DNA of 64,000 bases, from positions 128,001 to 192,000 of the forward strand of contig CAWBAT010000005.1 of the NCBI GenBank assembly GCA_963786955.1, in the 5' to 3' direction. Made by a program: the position numbers and the translations under genes. Source of the DNA: an uncultured Acidimicrobiia bacterium. Lineage in GTDB: Bacteria; Acidobacteriota; Terriglobia; Versatilivoradales; Versatilivoraceae. Every line of letters begins with the position of its first letter. Positions within the stretch are counted from its first letter, which is position 1. Positions 1 through 10,672 of this stretch are shown in pieces. The notes under the pieces were generated by a model, which had not been told where the DNA came from, ran no database searches, and saw nothing but the letters and a program-made list of their open reading frames with translations.

Positions 1-1
1 C

Positions 2-211
2 ATCCAAAGGCTTGAAATTTCATCTGTGGATTTGCAGCGATTCGCGCGAAAGGGGATGATTCAGGGTGTCGAGAAGAATGGCCTCGTCTTCTATTCGTCG
101 CGCGAGTTCTACAGGCTGAAAAGAGCGTTGCATTACATGCACACTGAGGACTGCGAAACAAAGCCGATGCGAAACACAAGTAACAAAGAGCTGAAAAAGT
201 TTTTCTCTTAG
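2..211 (+). CDS. 3' part of a small gene running in from the window edge, possibly a MerR-like HTH protein
   Basis: Frame open from position 2 (IQRLEISSVDLQRFARKGMIQGVEKNGLVFYSSREFYRLKRALHY) resembles a MerR-type winged HTH; truncated by the window. Confidence 0.35.
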   Translation: MQRLEISSVDLQRFARKGMIQGVEKNGLVFYSSREFYRLKRALHYMHTEDCETKPMRNTSNKELKKFFS

Positions 212-276
212 TGGAAACCAAGCACGCTTGGGTACACGAGCAGACCTCCGAGGTAAAAGCAAAGGCCACACTGAGC

Positions 277-1704
277 ATGACAAAGAAAACTACCCCTCCC
301 CCTAACATTAGTTACACCTTCACGGTTCGTCTTCGTTTTCAAAACCGGGTTGGAAAATTGGCTGAAGTCATTTCTGCCATTGGCCGGGCTGGCGGAGACA
401 TGGGTGCAGTGGACATCGTCCGGGTCGAGCCCAAGATCATGGTGAGGGATTTGACAATCCATGCGCGCGATGAGGAGCACGAAAGGGAGATCGTTCAAAC
501 AATCCGGTCTTTGCCTAGTGTATCGGTGGTCAACGTTTCTGACCGCGTTTTCCTGCTGCATCTTGGAGGAAAGATTCAGATTCAGAACAAGGTCAGTGTG
601 AATACCCGCGACATCCTGTCGATGGCGTATACGCCGGGGGTAGCCCGGGTCTGCAAGGCCATCGCCGAGGATAAGAGCAAGGTCAATCAGCTCACCATTA
701 AAATGAATTCCGTTGCCGTGGTAAGCGACGGTTCGGCTGTGCTCGGCTTGGGGAACATCGGACCTGAAGCTGCGCTCCCCGTAATGGAGGGGAAGGCGAT
801 GTTGTTTAAAGAATTCGCAGACATTGACGCCTACCCGATCTGCCTCCGGACACAGGATGTGGACGAAATAGTGACAACAGTCAAGAACATGGCTGTAGGT
901 TTCGGGGGTATTAATTTGGAGGACATCAGTGCGCCGCGCTGCTTCGAAGTGGAGAAGAGGCTACGCGAAGAACTCGATATCCCGGTCATGCACGATGATC
1001 AGCACGGGACAGCCGTCGTGGTGCTGGCGGGGCTTCGGAATGCTCTGAAGCTGGTTAAGAAACAGCTCAATCGCATTAAAATTGTCATCGTGGGATCCGG
1101 CGCTGCAGGGACAGCCACTGCTCGGATTCTTTACTCGGCCGGCGCCAGAAACATCGTGGTTTGCCACCGGCGGGGGATTCTCGAGCCCAGCCACTTTGAG
1201 ATCTTGGGCGATGTGCAGAACTGGCTGTTAGAGAAGACGAATCCCCAGCACCTTCGTGGCAATCTTTCCAGAGCCATTGAGAAAGCGGACGTCTTCATCG
1301 GCGTCTCCGGACCCGGAGTATTGAACCGGCGCCTGATCCAAAAAATGGCTAAGAATGCAATCATCTTTGCGCTCGCTAATCCGGAGCCTGAGATCTCTCC
1401 TCAGGAAGCCCTGGGATATTGCCGAATCTTGGCTACCGGCCGCAGCGATTTACCCAACCAGATCAACAATGCCTTGGCGTTTCCGGGCATCTTCCGAGGC
1501 GCCCTGGATGCATGGGCTTCTCAAATCAATGAAGCGATGAAGCTGGCGGCGGCTAGGGCCATTGCCGACGGAATCAGTGTCGCTGAGCTTAATGAAGAAT
1601 ACATCGTTCCCAGTGTCTTTAACCGGCGAGTTGCGCGTCAGGTGGCCAGGGCAGTAGCCGCGGCGGCATACCGGTCCGGGGTGGCGCGGAGGCGATCGAA
1701 TTGA
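277..1704 (+). CDS. NAD(P)-dependent malic enzyme with N-terminal ACT domain
   Basis: Motifs [56 protein letters not shown]; ACT-like N-terminus. ORF open from 211, ATG 277 preferred. Confidence 0.93.
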   Translation: MTKKTTPPPNISYTFTVRLRFQNRVGKLAEVISAIGRAGGDMGAVDIVRVEPKIMVRDLTIHARDEEHEREIVQTIRSLPSVSVVNVSDRVFLLHLGGKIQIQNKVSVNTRDILSMAYTPGVARVCKAIAEDKSKVNQLTIKMNSVAVVSDGSAVLGLGNIGPEAALPVMEGKAMLFKEFADIDAYPICLRTQDVDEIVTTVKNMAVGFGGINLEDISAPRCFEVEKRLREELDIPVMHDDQHGTAVVVLAGLRNALKLVKKQLNRIKIVIVGSGAAGTATARILYSAGARNIVVCHRRGILEPSHFEILGDVQNWLLEKTNPQHLRGNLSRAIEKADVFIGVSGPGVLNRRLIQKMAKNAIIFALANPEPEISPQEALGYCRILATGRSDLPNQINNALAFPGIFRGALDAWASQINEAMKLAAARAIADGISVAELNEEYIVPSVFNRRVARQVARAVAAAAYRSGVARRRSN

Positions 1705-1720
1705 GGGAGCTTCAGTTTTA

Positions 1721-3811
1721 ATGGAACCAAGGCTTCTCGTCATTTTTCTATTACAAGTCTGTCTTGGGTCATATGTTGTCGGGGCGGCGGCGTCCTTCGC
1801 GTTGACTCGTTTCCCCCGTGCTGCCAGCCTGACAGGATTCTCTGGGGCACAGATCGGCGGGCTGGCCGGAGTCTTGGCTTCGCTGACCAGCCTTACTCAA
1901 GGCGCATCGCCGGCCTGGACGGTCTTTCCAGCCGCAATGCCTTTAGTTCGTTTTTCTGTTCATCTCGATCCTTTGGCGGCTTTCTTCACGCTAGTGATCT
2001 CTCTCGTGGGGGTGGCCATTTCCATTTATTCCTACGGCTACGTCACGCCGTATTTCGGTGTCAAGAATGTGGGGAGTCTGGCGGGCTTCTTCAATCTCCT
2101 ACTGCTCGCCACGACGCTTATCTTTTGTGCCGATAATGCCGTCTTCCTTCTCATTGCCTGGGAGTTGATGGCCCTCTTTGCTTTTGTGCTGGTGGTTTTT
2201 GAGCATGAACACCTGGAAACACGGCGAGCTGGCCAGTTGTATTTCGTCATGTCGCACATCGGGGTTGGCTGTCTGATCCTGGGTTTTCTACTTCTATTTC
2301 AGGTTAGCGGCAGCTTCCGTTTTGAGAATCTTCATCATATTGGAGCGCAGCTTTCGCTGTCGCAACGCACGGCGGCCTTTCTTCTTTTCTGCGCGGGATT
2401 TGGAATCAAGGCCGGAGTCATTCCGTTGCATATCTGGCTACCCGCGGCCCATCCTGTTGCCCCCAGCAATATTTCGGCGTTCATGTCCGGTGTCATCATT
2501 AAGACCGGGATTTATGGGATGGTCCGAGTATTCTTTGACTTTTTAACTCCACCTCCTGTCTCTTGGGGTCTTTTAATCCTCACTGCCGGATCGGTGTCGG
2601 CTCTGCTGGGTGTGCTTTATGCCCTGGTGGAGCACGATCTCAAGCGCTTGCTGGCATTTCACAGTATCGAGAATATTGGGATCATCCTAATGGGTCTGGG
2701 AGCCTCGTTACTCTTCATCTCGTTTGGTCATCCCGTCCTTGCCGCGCTGGCTTTGGTCGCGGGCCTTTATCACACGTTGAATCATGCCTGCTTCAAAGGC
2801 CTCCTGTTCTTGGGCGCCGGAGCGGTGCTTCACGCCACGGGAACCAAAAACATGGAAGAGTTGGGTGGGTTGATTCGCCGTCTCCCGTGGACTGCCTTCC
2901 TCTTCCTGCTGGGAGCCATAGCCATCTCGGGTCTTCCTCCGCTGAATGGGTTCATCAGCGAATGGTTGACCTACCAAGCCCTTCTCCAGGGCTTTGGTGC
3001 CACCACGATTGCTGTGCGGCTGATTTTCCCGATAAGCGGGGCCTTGTTGGCTCTTACAGGCGCGTTGGCAGCAGCTTGTTTTGTTAAAGCCGTGGGGATC
3101 ACCTTTCTTTCGTTGCCGCGAAGCCCTCAGGCAGAAAAAGCCCACGAGGCGCCAGGCTCGATGCTTCTCGGCATGTCGATTCTAGGACTAGCTTGCATCG
3201 TGCTTGGCGTGTTTCCCAAGGTGTTCCTCCCGTTATTGGATCCGGTCACCCAGCAGTTCCTGGGGCAAACAATCAGCTCCCAACTGATCGCAGGGAATGG
3301 CTGGATCCTGACGTCTCTGGGGGTTGAACGGGGATCGCTCTCAACACTAGGGATCGCCGCACTGTTTCTCGTGCTGCTGCCCTTGCCTCTCATTTTGTGG
3401 TTCGTTTTCTCGCGGCGTGGCAGCCATCGCGTGGATGCAACCTGGGACTGCGGACTGGATCGTTTGACCCCGGAAATGGAGTACACCGCGACCGCTTATT
3501 CGAAGCCTTTGCGCATGATCTTTCAGGCGATTTACCGGCCACGACGGCGTATTCAGGCCGACTTCGGCGTATCACGGTACTTCACCAAGTCGATTCGCTT
3601 TGAGAGCCACATTGAGCCAACCTTTGAGCAGTTGATTTATCGTCCAGTCAATCGCGCCATTCTGCGCTTTTCCAGGCGCGTCCGCCTGATTCAAACCGGG
3701 AGTCTTACGACCTACCTGGTTTACATCTTTCTCACCCTGATTGCTTTGCTGCTCTGGGAGAAGATTCAGTACGATACGGGCGACCTGCGGGAGGCCTTGC
3801 CGTGGTTCTAA
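1721..3811 (+). CDS. hyfB: Hydrogenase-4 component B-like antiporter subunit, copy 1
   Basis: Polytopic membrane protein; WELM, KAGVIPLHIWLPAAHP, HDLKRLLAFHSIENIG, PPLNGFISEW, WDCG...MEYTAT. Confidence 0.92.
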   Translation: MEPRLLVIFLLQVCLGSYVVGAAASFALTRFPRAASLTGFSGAQIGGLAGVLASLTSLTQGASPAWTVFPAAMPLVRFSVHLDPLAAFFTLVISLVGVAISIYSYGYVTPYFGVKNVGSLAGFFNLLLLATTLIFCADNAVFLLIAWELMALFAFVLVVFEHEHLETRRAGQLYFVMSHIGVGCLILGFLLLFQVSGSFRFENLHHIGAQLSLSQRTAAFLLFCAGFGIKAGVIPLHIWLPAAHPVAPSNISAFMSGVIIKTGIYGMVRVFFDFLTPPPVSWGLLILTAGSVSALLGVLYALVEHDLKRLLAFHSIENIGIILMGLGASLLFISFGHPVLAALALVAGLYHTLNHACFKGLLFLGAGAVLHATGTKNMEELGGLIRRLPWTAFLFLLGAIAISGLPPLNGFISEWLTYQALLQGFGATTIAVRLIFPISGALLALTGALAAACFVKAVGITFLSLPRSPQAEKAHEAPGSMLLGMSILGLACIVLGVFPKVFLPLLDPVTQQFLGQTISSQLIAGNGWILTSLGVERGSLSTLGIAALFLVLLPLPLILWFVFSRRGSHRVDATWDCGLDRLTPEMEYTATAYSKPLRMIFQAIYRPRRRIQADFGVSRYFTKSIRFESHIEPTFEQLIYRPVNRAILRFSRRVRLIQTGSLTTYLVYIFLTLIALLLWEKIQYDTGDLREALPWF

Positions 3812-3865
3812 TTCTCGGCTGCCTGTCTCGACTGCCTCACGCCACTAAAGGAGAGTTACTCTAGG

Positions 3866-5917
3866 ATGGCTTCTGACCAGAGTATCTTTTTGCTATTCCG
3901 TTCCTGCCTGCTTGCCTATCTCGTTGGCGCGGCTCTCGCACTTGCATTCACGCGTCAGCAGAGACTGGCCAATGCGTTGGGGTTTTCAAGCTCCTGCCTC
4001 GGAGGCCTCGCCGGCATGACTGCCTCGTATTTGTGCCTGCAACATGCAGCCTCGCCGGGGTTTGACCTCTTGCCTTTCGCGACACCACTGTTTCCGTTCG
4101 CCGTGAAACTGGACCCACTGGCCGCGTTTTTCGTTCTGCTCATTTCGCTATCGGCGGTGGCTATTTCCATCTACTCCATCGGCTATGCGGCGCACTACTA
4201 TGGGACCAAGAATGTGGGCGCCCTGGCCGCCTTTTTTAACTTGCTGCTGCTGGCTAACACGCTGGTCTTTTGTGCCAGCCACGCCGTCTTTTTTCTGGTG
4301 GTGTGGGAAGTCATGGCTCTGGCTGCATTTGTGCTGGTCAGCTTTGAGCACGAGAAGCCCAAGACCCAGCAAGCCGGCGTCTTGTTTTTTGTGATGTCCC
4401 ATATTGGAACAGGCTGTCTGGTGCTTGGGTACCTGCTGCTTCATAAAGCAGCCGGAGGTTTTCGATTTGAAGACTTCCACCTGTTGGGGACAAAGCTTTC
4501 GCCGCTCGAGCGACACGCCGCTTTCTTCCTTTTCCTGGTGGGATTCGGCGTTAAGGCTGGAATGATTCCGCTGCATGTCTGGCTTCCAGAAGCACACCCC
4601 GTAGCACCTTCCAATGTTTCGGCGCTCATGTCTGGTGTGTTGCTCAAGAGTGGCATCTACGGGCTGCTTCGCGTTCTCTTGGATTTTCTGGCCCCCCCCA
4701 CTGCCTGGTGGGGGATCACTTTACTGGTGCTGGGTTCAGTCTCTGCCTTGCTGGGCGTGCTTTACGCGCTCGTCCAGAAAGACCTGAAACGCCTGCTGGC
4801 TTTCAGCAGCCTGGAGAACATCGGCATCATTCTGATGGGTATGGGCGCCTCGTTGATGCTCAGCTCGTTTGGCAAGCCGGTCCTAGCCGCCTTAGCACTC
4901 ATGGCGGGGCTTTATCACACTCTCAATCATGCCTGCTTCAAAGGCCTGCTGTTTCTAGGGGCAGGTGCGGTATTGAACGGCGCTCACACCAAGGATCTGG
5001 AAAAACTGGGCGGACTGGTCCGCAGGATGCCGAAGACCACGTTCCTTTTTCTTCTGGGTGCCGTTGCCCTTTGCGGCTTCCCGCCTCTGAACGGATTTGT
5101 CAGTGAGTGGCTCACTTACCAGGCATTGCTGCAAGGCTACAGCGCCACCGTACGGCTGGTCCGACTGAACTTTCCCATTGCGGGGGCCTTGCTGGCTCTA
5201 ACCGGGGCGCTGGCCGCTGCCTGCTTCGTCAAAGCCGTAGGGATTACATTCCTCTCCCTCCCGCGCAGCTCACAGGCCGAATCGGCCCAAGAAGCCTCAG
5301 CCTCCATGCTGCTCGGCATGGGACTTTTCGGGCTCGCGTGCATTTTTCTGGGACTGTTTCCACAGGTACTGCTTCGGTTGATGGATCCGATTACCCAGCA
5401 GTTGCTGGGAACCGCCATCAGCCCGCAACTGATAGCCGGCAACGGTTGGATCCTGACTGCACTTGGCGTCTCTGAGGGTTCAATTTCGATGGTGGGGATG
5501 CTCTCGATCTTCCTGGTTCTGCTGCCGCTCCCTGCAGGGTTGTGGTGGGTTTGGTCCAGACGAGAAAAAGCAGGCATCGATGAGACCTGGGACTGCGGAC
5601 TGGATCGTTTGACCCCGGAAATGGAGTACACCGGGACGGCTTACTCCAAACCGTTGCAAATGATTTTCCGCGCCATCTATCGGCCGCGGCGGCAAGTCCA
5701 GGCTGACTTTGCCGTCTCGCGCTATTTCACGCAATCCATTCGCTTTGAAAGCCAAATTGAGCCCACTTTCGAGAAGTGGCTCTACCGGCCGGTGAATCGG
5801 GCGCTTCTGCGGTTCTCCAGACGGATTCGCCTGTTGCAGGCCGGAAGCCTCTCGGCCTACTTGTTTTACATCTTTGTCACACTCTTGACTTTGTTGCTGT
5901 GGGAGAGAACCCGATGA
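3866..5917 (+). CDS. hyfB: Hydrogenase-4 component B-like antiporter subunit, copy 2
   Basis: Full-length paralog of the previous gene; WEVM, KAGMIPLHVWLPEAHP, PPLNGFVSEW, WDCG. Confidence 0.92.
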   Translation: MASDQSIFLLFRSCLLAYLVGAALALAFTRQQRLANALGFSSSCLGGLAGMTASYLCLQHAASPGFDLLPFATPLFPFAVKLDPLAAFFVLLISLSAVAISIYSIGYAAHYYGTKNVGALAAFFNLLLLANTLVFCASHAVFFLVVWEVMALAAFVLVSFEHEKPKTQQAGVLFFVMSHIGTGCLVLGYLLLHKAAGGFRFEDFHLLGTKLSPLERHAAFFLFLVGFGVKAGMIPLHVWLPEAHPVAPSNVSALMSGVLLKSGIYGLLRVLLDFLAPPTAWWGITLLVLGSVSALLGVLYALVQKDLKRLLAFSSLENIGIILMGMGASLMLSSFGKPVLAALALMAGLYHTLNHACFKGLLFLGAGAVLNGAHTKDLEKLGGLVRRMPKTTFLFLLGAVALCGFPPLNGFVSEWLTYQALLQGYSATVRLVRLNFPIAGALLALTGALAAACFVKAVGITFLSLPRSSQAESAQEASASMLLGMGLFGLACIFLGLFPQVLLRLMDPITQQLLGTAISPQLIAGNGWILTALGVSEGSISMVGMLSIFLVLLPLPAGLWWVWSRREKAGIDETWDCGLDRLTPEMEYTGTAYSKPLQMIFRAIYRPRRQVQADFAVSRYFTQSIRFESQIEPTFEKWLYRPVNRALLRFSRRIRLLQAGSLSAYLFYIFVTLLTLLLWERTR

Positions 5918-6849
5918 TTCTTTTTCAGGTCCTGCTCCAGTTGGTCCTGGGCTTGTTACTGGCGCCATTCCTGAATGGGCTGATCCGCAAGTGCAAGGCG
6001 TTGTTGCAGAACCGCCGCGGCCCAGGCTTATTGCAACCGTACTATGATCTGTTCAAACTGCTGCGCAAGGGAACGGTAGTGTCCGAGCATGCCTCTTGGA
6101 TCTTCCGTGTCACTCCATACATTTACTTTTTGACCGCTTTGATGGTCAGCCTCATGATTCCCATGATTACCACAGCCGTGCCGCTAAGCCTGTTTGGAGG
6201 CGTCATTGCCGTGATCTACTTACTGGCCTTGGGCCGTTTTTTTGTAGCGCTCGCCGCTCTAGATACGGCCAGTGCCTTCGGCGGGATGGGCAGCAGCCGG
6301 GAGATGACGGTCGCCGCAATTGCCGAGCCGGCCATGATGCTGTCCATTTTCAGCGTGGCGATAACGGCCGGTTCGACAAATCTGAGCCAGGTGGTTCAAT
6401 CGACCTTGCAACATCAAGAGCAGTTTTTGAGTCCTGCACACATCCTGGCATTCGCAGCCATGTTCATCGTACTCATTGCAGAGACGGGACGTATTCCGGT
6501 TGACAACCCGGCCACCCATCTGGAGTTGACGATGATCCACGAGGCGATGATCCTGGAATATTCGGGACATTACTTGGCACTGATTGAGTGGGGAGCGGCT
6601 CTTAAGCAATTGGTCCTGATGACCCTACTGGTCAATATCTTTTTCCCGGTGGGCGTCGGCACCGTCTTCACGGCCGCCTCCCTGGCCAAGGGTTTAATTG
6701 TTTTCCTGGCGAAGTTGCTCCTGCTGGCACTGGCGGTGGTTCTCGTGGAAACCTCCAATGCCAAACTGCGTTTGTTTCGCGTGCCGGAACTGTTGAGTGT
6801 TGCGTTTATTTTGGCGCTATTGGCCTTGGCGTCACCCTTTATTTTTTGA
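5914..6849 (+). CDS. hyfC: HyfC/HycD (NuoH-like) membrane subunit
   Basis: QNRRGP..LQPYYDLFKL, FGGMGSSRE, ETGRIPVDNPATHLELTMIHEAMILEYSG; ATGA overlap with hyfB2. Confidence 0.92.
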   Translation: MILFQVLLQLVLGLLLAPFLNGLIRKCKALLQNRRGPGLLQPYYDLFKLLRKGTVVSEHASWIFRVTPYIYFLTALMVSLMIPMITTAVPLSLFGGVIAVIYLLALGRFFVALAALDTASAFGGMGSSREMTVAAIAEPAMMLSIFSVAITAGSTNLSQVVQSTLQHQEQFLSPAHILAFAAMFIVLIAETGRIPVDNPATHLELTMIHEAMILEYSGHYLALIEWGAALKQLVLMTLLVNIFFPVGVGTVFTAASLAKGLIVFLAKLLLLALAVVLVETSNAKLRLFRVPELLSVAFILALLALASPFIF

Positions 6850-6863
6850 GAAAGGCATTTGGT

Positions 6864-7529
6864 ATGTCTTATGATTCCGTCGAACTCGGACACCGCTTAA
6901 TCACGTTGATGGCCGCGGCCATGCTCGTCGTACAGATGCTGCTGGCGGGCCAGCGGCTCTTGCCCACGGTCATTGTGCTGTTCAGCTTGCAGTCGTTCTT
7001 CCTGGCCTGTCTAGCTGCCGCCGTGGCTTATGTCAACCATGCTCCTCACGTCTATATCGCGGCCGCGCTGACCCTGCTGTTGAAGGTTGTCGTGATGCCG
7101 CTGCTCTTGCAACGGATCATCCGGCAGACCGGAACTCGGGTGCAAGTGGAAAGCTACCTGAACATGCCGGCGTCCATTCTGATTTGTGGCGGATTAACGC
7201 TGCTTGGCTATATGGTGGCCCATCCGTTCAGCCAGCCTCAAGAGCACGGTCACGGTTCCCTGGCCGTCGCTGTTGCCCTGTTTCTCATCGGGTTTTTTCT
7301 GATGATAAACCAGCGGAAGGCGATCTCTCAGGTGGTGGCGCTATTGACGGCTGAAAATGGACTCTTCCTCGCCGCCATCGCCTTGACCTATGGAATGCCG
7401 CTGATCGTGGAAGTGGGGATCTTCTTCGATGTGCTGGTGGGTGTGATGATCCTGGGCATTCTGTCCTATCGCATCGCAGAGACTTTCGAGTCGATGGACA
7501 CCAGTAAACTCAGACGACTACGAGGTTGA
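6864..7529 (+). CDS. hyfE: HyfE (NuoK-like) membrane subunit
   Basis: KAISQVVALLTAENG, GMPLIVEVGIFFD; operon position. Confidence 0.9.
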   Translation: MSYDSVELGHRLITLMAAAMLVVQMLLAGQRLLPTVIVLFSLQSFFLACLAAAVAYVNHAPHVYIAAALTLLLKVVVMPLLLQRIIRQTGTRVQVESYLNMPASILICGGLTLLGYMVAHPFSQPQEHGHGSLAVAVALFLIGFFLMINQRKAISQVVALLTAENGLFLAAIALTYGMPLIVEVGIFFDVLVGVMILGILSYRIAETFESMDTSKLRRLRG

Positions 7530-7533
7530 CGGA

Positions 7534-9009
7534 ATGACTCTCGTTTTGCTCCTGTTGGCGCCTCTATTGGAGGCTGCAGTTTGTGGGCTGCTGTATTCGC
7601 AACGGTGGATGGAACGGGTCAGCGTCATCTCGGCTGCGGTGAACCTGATACTTGGGGTACTGCTCGTGAGGAACGTGGTCCGCTACCAATCGGTCAGTGC
7701 ATTTGATGGATTTCTGTATGCCGATGCCCTGAGCGCCCTGGTCGTCGTGCTGACGGCCTTCGTGTCCTTCGTCTGTGCGGTTTACGCTGTGAGTTACTTC
7801 CGGAAAGACTTGGAAAAGCAGAACATTACCCTGAGAAGGCTTAAGGAATACTACATTTTGACTCCGCTTTTCGTCTTCGCCCTTTTTCTGGTCGCCTTGG
7901 CCAACAACCTGGGAATCATGTGGGTGGCCATTGAAGGCAGCACGCTGGCCTCCGTGCTTCTGATTGCTTTCTACAACCAGAAGACTTCTCTGGAAGCGGC
8001 TTGGAAGTACATCATCATCGGCAGCATTGGGATCTCGATGGCACTGTTTGGGACATTGATGACGTACTATGCCGCCAGTCACGTCGTCGGCACCGAATCC
8101 ATTGAAGGTCTAAACTGGACTAAGCTCATCGCGACGGCGCCGCTGCTCAATCCCAAGGCTCTGCGCCTGGCTTTCATTTTTATCCTCATGGGGTACGGTA
8201 CGAAGGCCGGCATCGCGCCGATGCACACCTGGAAACCTGATTCTTACAGCGAAGCGCCAGTCCCTTCCGCGGCAATACTGGCCGCTGCAGTGCTCAATTG
8301 CGCCCTCTACGGGATTTTACGGTTTCATATCCTGGCCTCGAAGTGTCTCGGTCCCGAATTTTCCAGTGGCTTACTGCTATGGTTTGGACTGGGATCTTTG
8401 CTCATTGCAACACCTTTCATCCTGGTACAGACCAACTTCCGCCGCCTGCTGGCTTACTCCAGCATTGACCATACCGGGATCATGTTGGTGGGATTTGGGG
8501 TAGGCGGGAGTCTGGGTCCATTCGGCGCGCTGCTCCACATGTTCTATCACGCCATCGCCAAGCCGCTCCTTTTTTTCTGTGCCGGCAACGTTCAGCAGCA
8601 GTTCGGAACCGCTATCTTTCGAAAGGTGGGCGGCGGCGTGATTCATGTGCTGCCGATTACGGCTGTATTGTTCCTGGCCGGGACCCTGGCGGTGACCGGT
8701 ACTCCTCCCGCCGGCTTATTTCAAAGCGAATTGACCATCTTGAGCGCTTCTGTCCAAGGCCGCACTCTCTGGGTGGCCAGCCTCTTTGTCGGATGTGTGG
8801 TCACTATTTTTGCCGGTTTCCTTTACCACATCGGGCGACTGGTGCTGGGCGCGCCCCGGCCTGGGGAGCACCGGCAGGTGGAGTCTTACTGGCGCCTACT
8901 CCCCATGCTGCTGATCGCTGGGCTGACTCTGCTTTTGGGTTTCTGGCTTCCTTCCCCGTTGTTGCGCTTGATCCAGCAGGCTGGCCAGATCGTCGGAGGT
9001 GCGCCATGA
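7534..9009 (+). CDS. hyfF: HyfF antiporter-like subunit
   Basis: WVAIEGSTLAS, LEAAWKY, GYGTKAGIAPMHTWKPD, RLLAYSS. Confidence 0.92.
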   Translation: MTLVLLLLAPLLEAAVCGLLYSQRWMERVSVISAAVNLILGVLLVRNVVRYQSVSAFDGFLYADALSALVVVLTAFVSFVCAVYAVSYFRKDLEKQNITLRRLKEYYILTPLFVFALFLVALANNLGIMWVAIEGSTLASVLLIAFYNQKTSLEAAWKYIIIGSIGISMALFGTLMTYYAASHVVGTESIEGLNWTKLIATAPLLNPKALRLAFIFILMGYGTKAGIAPMHTWKPDSYSEAPVPSAAILAAAVLNCALYGILRFHILASKCLGPEFSSGLLLWFGLGSLLIATPFILVQTNFRRLLAYSSIDHTGIMLVGFGVGGSLGPFGALLHMFYHAIAKPLLFFCAGNVQQQFGTAIFRKVGGGVIHVLPITAVLFLAGTLAVTGTPPAGLFQSELTILSASVQGRTLWVASLFVGCVVTIFAGFLYHIGRLVLGAPRPGEHRQVESYWRLLPMLLIAGLTLLLGFWLPSPLLRLIQQAGQIVGGAP

Positions 9010-9073
9010 CCGCCGCATTACTTCAGCGGCCCCTTAGGCGATGCGTGGAGCATTCAAGTTGGGAGGGTTTCTC

Positions 9074-10672
9074 ATGAGTGAAGCAACCGGGTTAAGTACA
9101 ATTGTGGCCGACCTCGAAATGGCCTTTGGCGGCAAGATCCAGCGACTGTATGGAAGGCTTCCAAACGAGGTCTATCTGGAAACCGGGCGAGACTCGATTG
9201 CTGCCATTGCAGCCCACCTCTACAAGCTTCGCAAGATCCGTCTGGCCATGGTGTTTGGTATCGATCGGTGCCAGGAGGAGGGAGTCTTCTATCTTCAGTA
9301 CACCTTCGCTTGTGACCGGGCTGCCGGCTTCATTCTTGTTCGGACTGCTGTCCCCACAACCGATCCTGAATTCCCGTCGCTCACACCGTCAATTCCTGCA
9401 GTCAGCTGGCAGGAGAGGGAGATCCAAGACTGGTTTGGGTTAACGGTCTCAGGCCATCCCAATCCACGCCGGGTCGCTCTCCATGACGATTTCCCAGACG
9501 GAGTCTATATATTACGCAAGGATTTTGACCTGTTCTCCAAACCTCAACCCTTACAAGGTCCCCGTCACCTCTTTCGCCCAGTGGAGGGCGAAGGCGTATT
9601 TCAGGTGCCGGTGGGTCCGATTCACGCAGGAATCATTGAGCCCGGTCATTTTCGCTTCAGCGTCGCGGGGGAGCCGGTGCTCTACCTGCAAATCCGTTTG
9701 TTCTACACCCACAAGGCCACCGAAAAGCTCTTCGAGCACAAGCCGCTCTCCCAAGCGGTCTTTCTCGCCGAGAGCATCTCGGGAGATTCCAGCTTCAGCC
9801 ATTCCACCGCCTTCTGCCAGGCGATTGAGAGCCTGGCACGCGTCGAAGTCCCACGTCGGGCCCGGTTGATGCGAACGGCGTTGCTCGAGCTCGAGAGGTT
9901 GTACAACCACATCGCTGATGTGGGTGCGATCGCTACCGACGTCGGATTCATGGTGGCCAATGCTCATGCCATGCGGCTGAAGGAACAATTACTGCAGTTG
10001 AACGGTGAGTTGACCGGCAACCGCCTCTTACGCGGCATGAATGTGTATGGTGGCTTGCGGCGCGACTGGGATTCCCCGCAGATTCAGGGGGCTGCCAGCG
10101 TGTTACGCTTCGTCAAAGGAGAGTTTGAATCGCTAGTGGATTTGATTCTTTCGTCCGCCTCCACTCGTGACCGGCTGGAGACAACTGGCATTCTCCCGCA
10201 CAAAACCGCCGTGGACCTGGGCATCGTGGGGGTTGTGGCCCGTGCGTCTGGAGTGGACCTCGACGTTCGTCGCGATTTTCCCTACGCAGCATACGACGAA
10301 ATCCCTCCGAAGGTAGTACTCCACACGAAAGGTGATGTCTTTGATCGAATGCGGGTGCGCATCGAGGAAGCAGTCGATTCGATCCGCATCGCGCTGGAAG
10401 CCTTTGCAATGCTGACTCCAGGTCCAGTAAATACTGCGCTGCCACCCATCCCGCCTGATGCGTGCGCTCTCGGTTATGTCGAGGGCTGGCGCGGCGAGAT
10501 CCTTCACTGGGTCCTCACTGGGGCAGACGGCAGTTTGGCCCGCTGCAAGATCAAAGACCCTTCGTTGAACAACTGGCCGGCCCTGCCCGAAGCTGTCCAG
10601 GGCAACATCATTCCGGATTTTCCGGTCATCAACAAAAGCTTCAATCTCTCTTACTCAGGAACAGACCGATGA
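9074..10672 (+). CDS. hyfG: Ehr large subunit (HyfG/HycE-like NuoC+NuoD fusion) lacking [NiFe] ligands
   Basis: WQEREIQDWFG..GHP, GPIHAGIIEPGHFRF, LELERLYNH; L1 site reads ESISGDS (no CxxC) and C-terminus reads NKSFNLSYSGTDR (no DPCxxC). Confidence 0.9.
   Translation: MSEATGLSTIVADLEMAFGGKIQRLYGRLPNEVYLETGRDSIAAIAAHLYKLRKIRLAMVFGIDRCQEEGVFYLQYTFACDRAAGFILVRTAVPTTDPEFPSLTPSIPAVSWQEREIQDWFGLTVSGHPNPRRVALHDDFPDGVYILRKDFDLFSKPQPLQGPRHLFRPVEGEGVFQVPVGPIHAGIIEPGHFRFSVAGEPVLYLQIRLFYTHKATEKLFEHKPLSQAVFLAESISGDSSFSHSTAFCQAIESLARVEVPRRARLMRTALLELERLYNHIADVGAIATDVGFMVANAHAMRLKEQLLQLNGELTGNRLLRGMNVYGGLRRDWDSPQIQGAASVLRFVKGEFESLVDLILSSASTRDRLETTGILPHKTAVDLGIVGVVARASGVDLDVRRDFPYAAYDEIPPKVVLHTKGDVFDRMRVRIEEAVDSIRIALEAFAMLTPGPVNTALPPIPPDACALGYVEGWRGEILHWVLTGADGSLARCKIKDPSLNNWPALPEAVQGNIIPDFPVINKSFNLSYSGTDR

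Noticed and set aside
9074-10672. [NiFe]-hydrogenase / formate hydrogenlyase call
   Set aside because: Both Ni-binding CxxC motifs are absent and no hyp or fdh genes are in the window.
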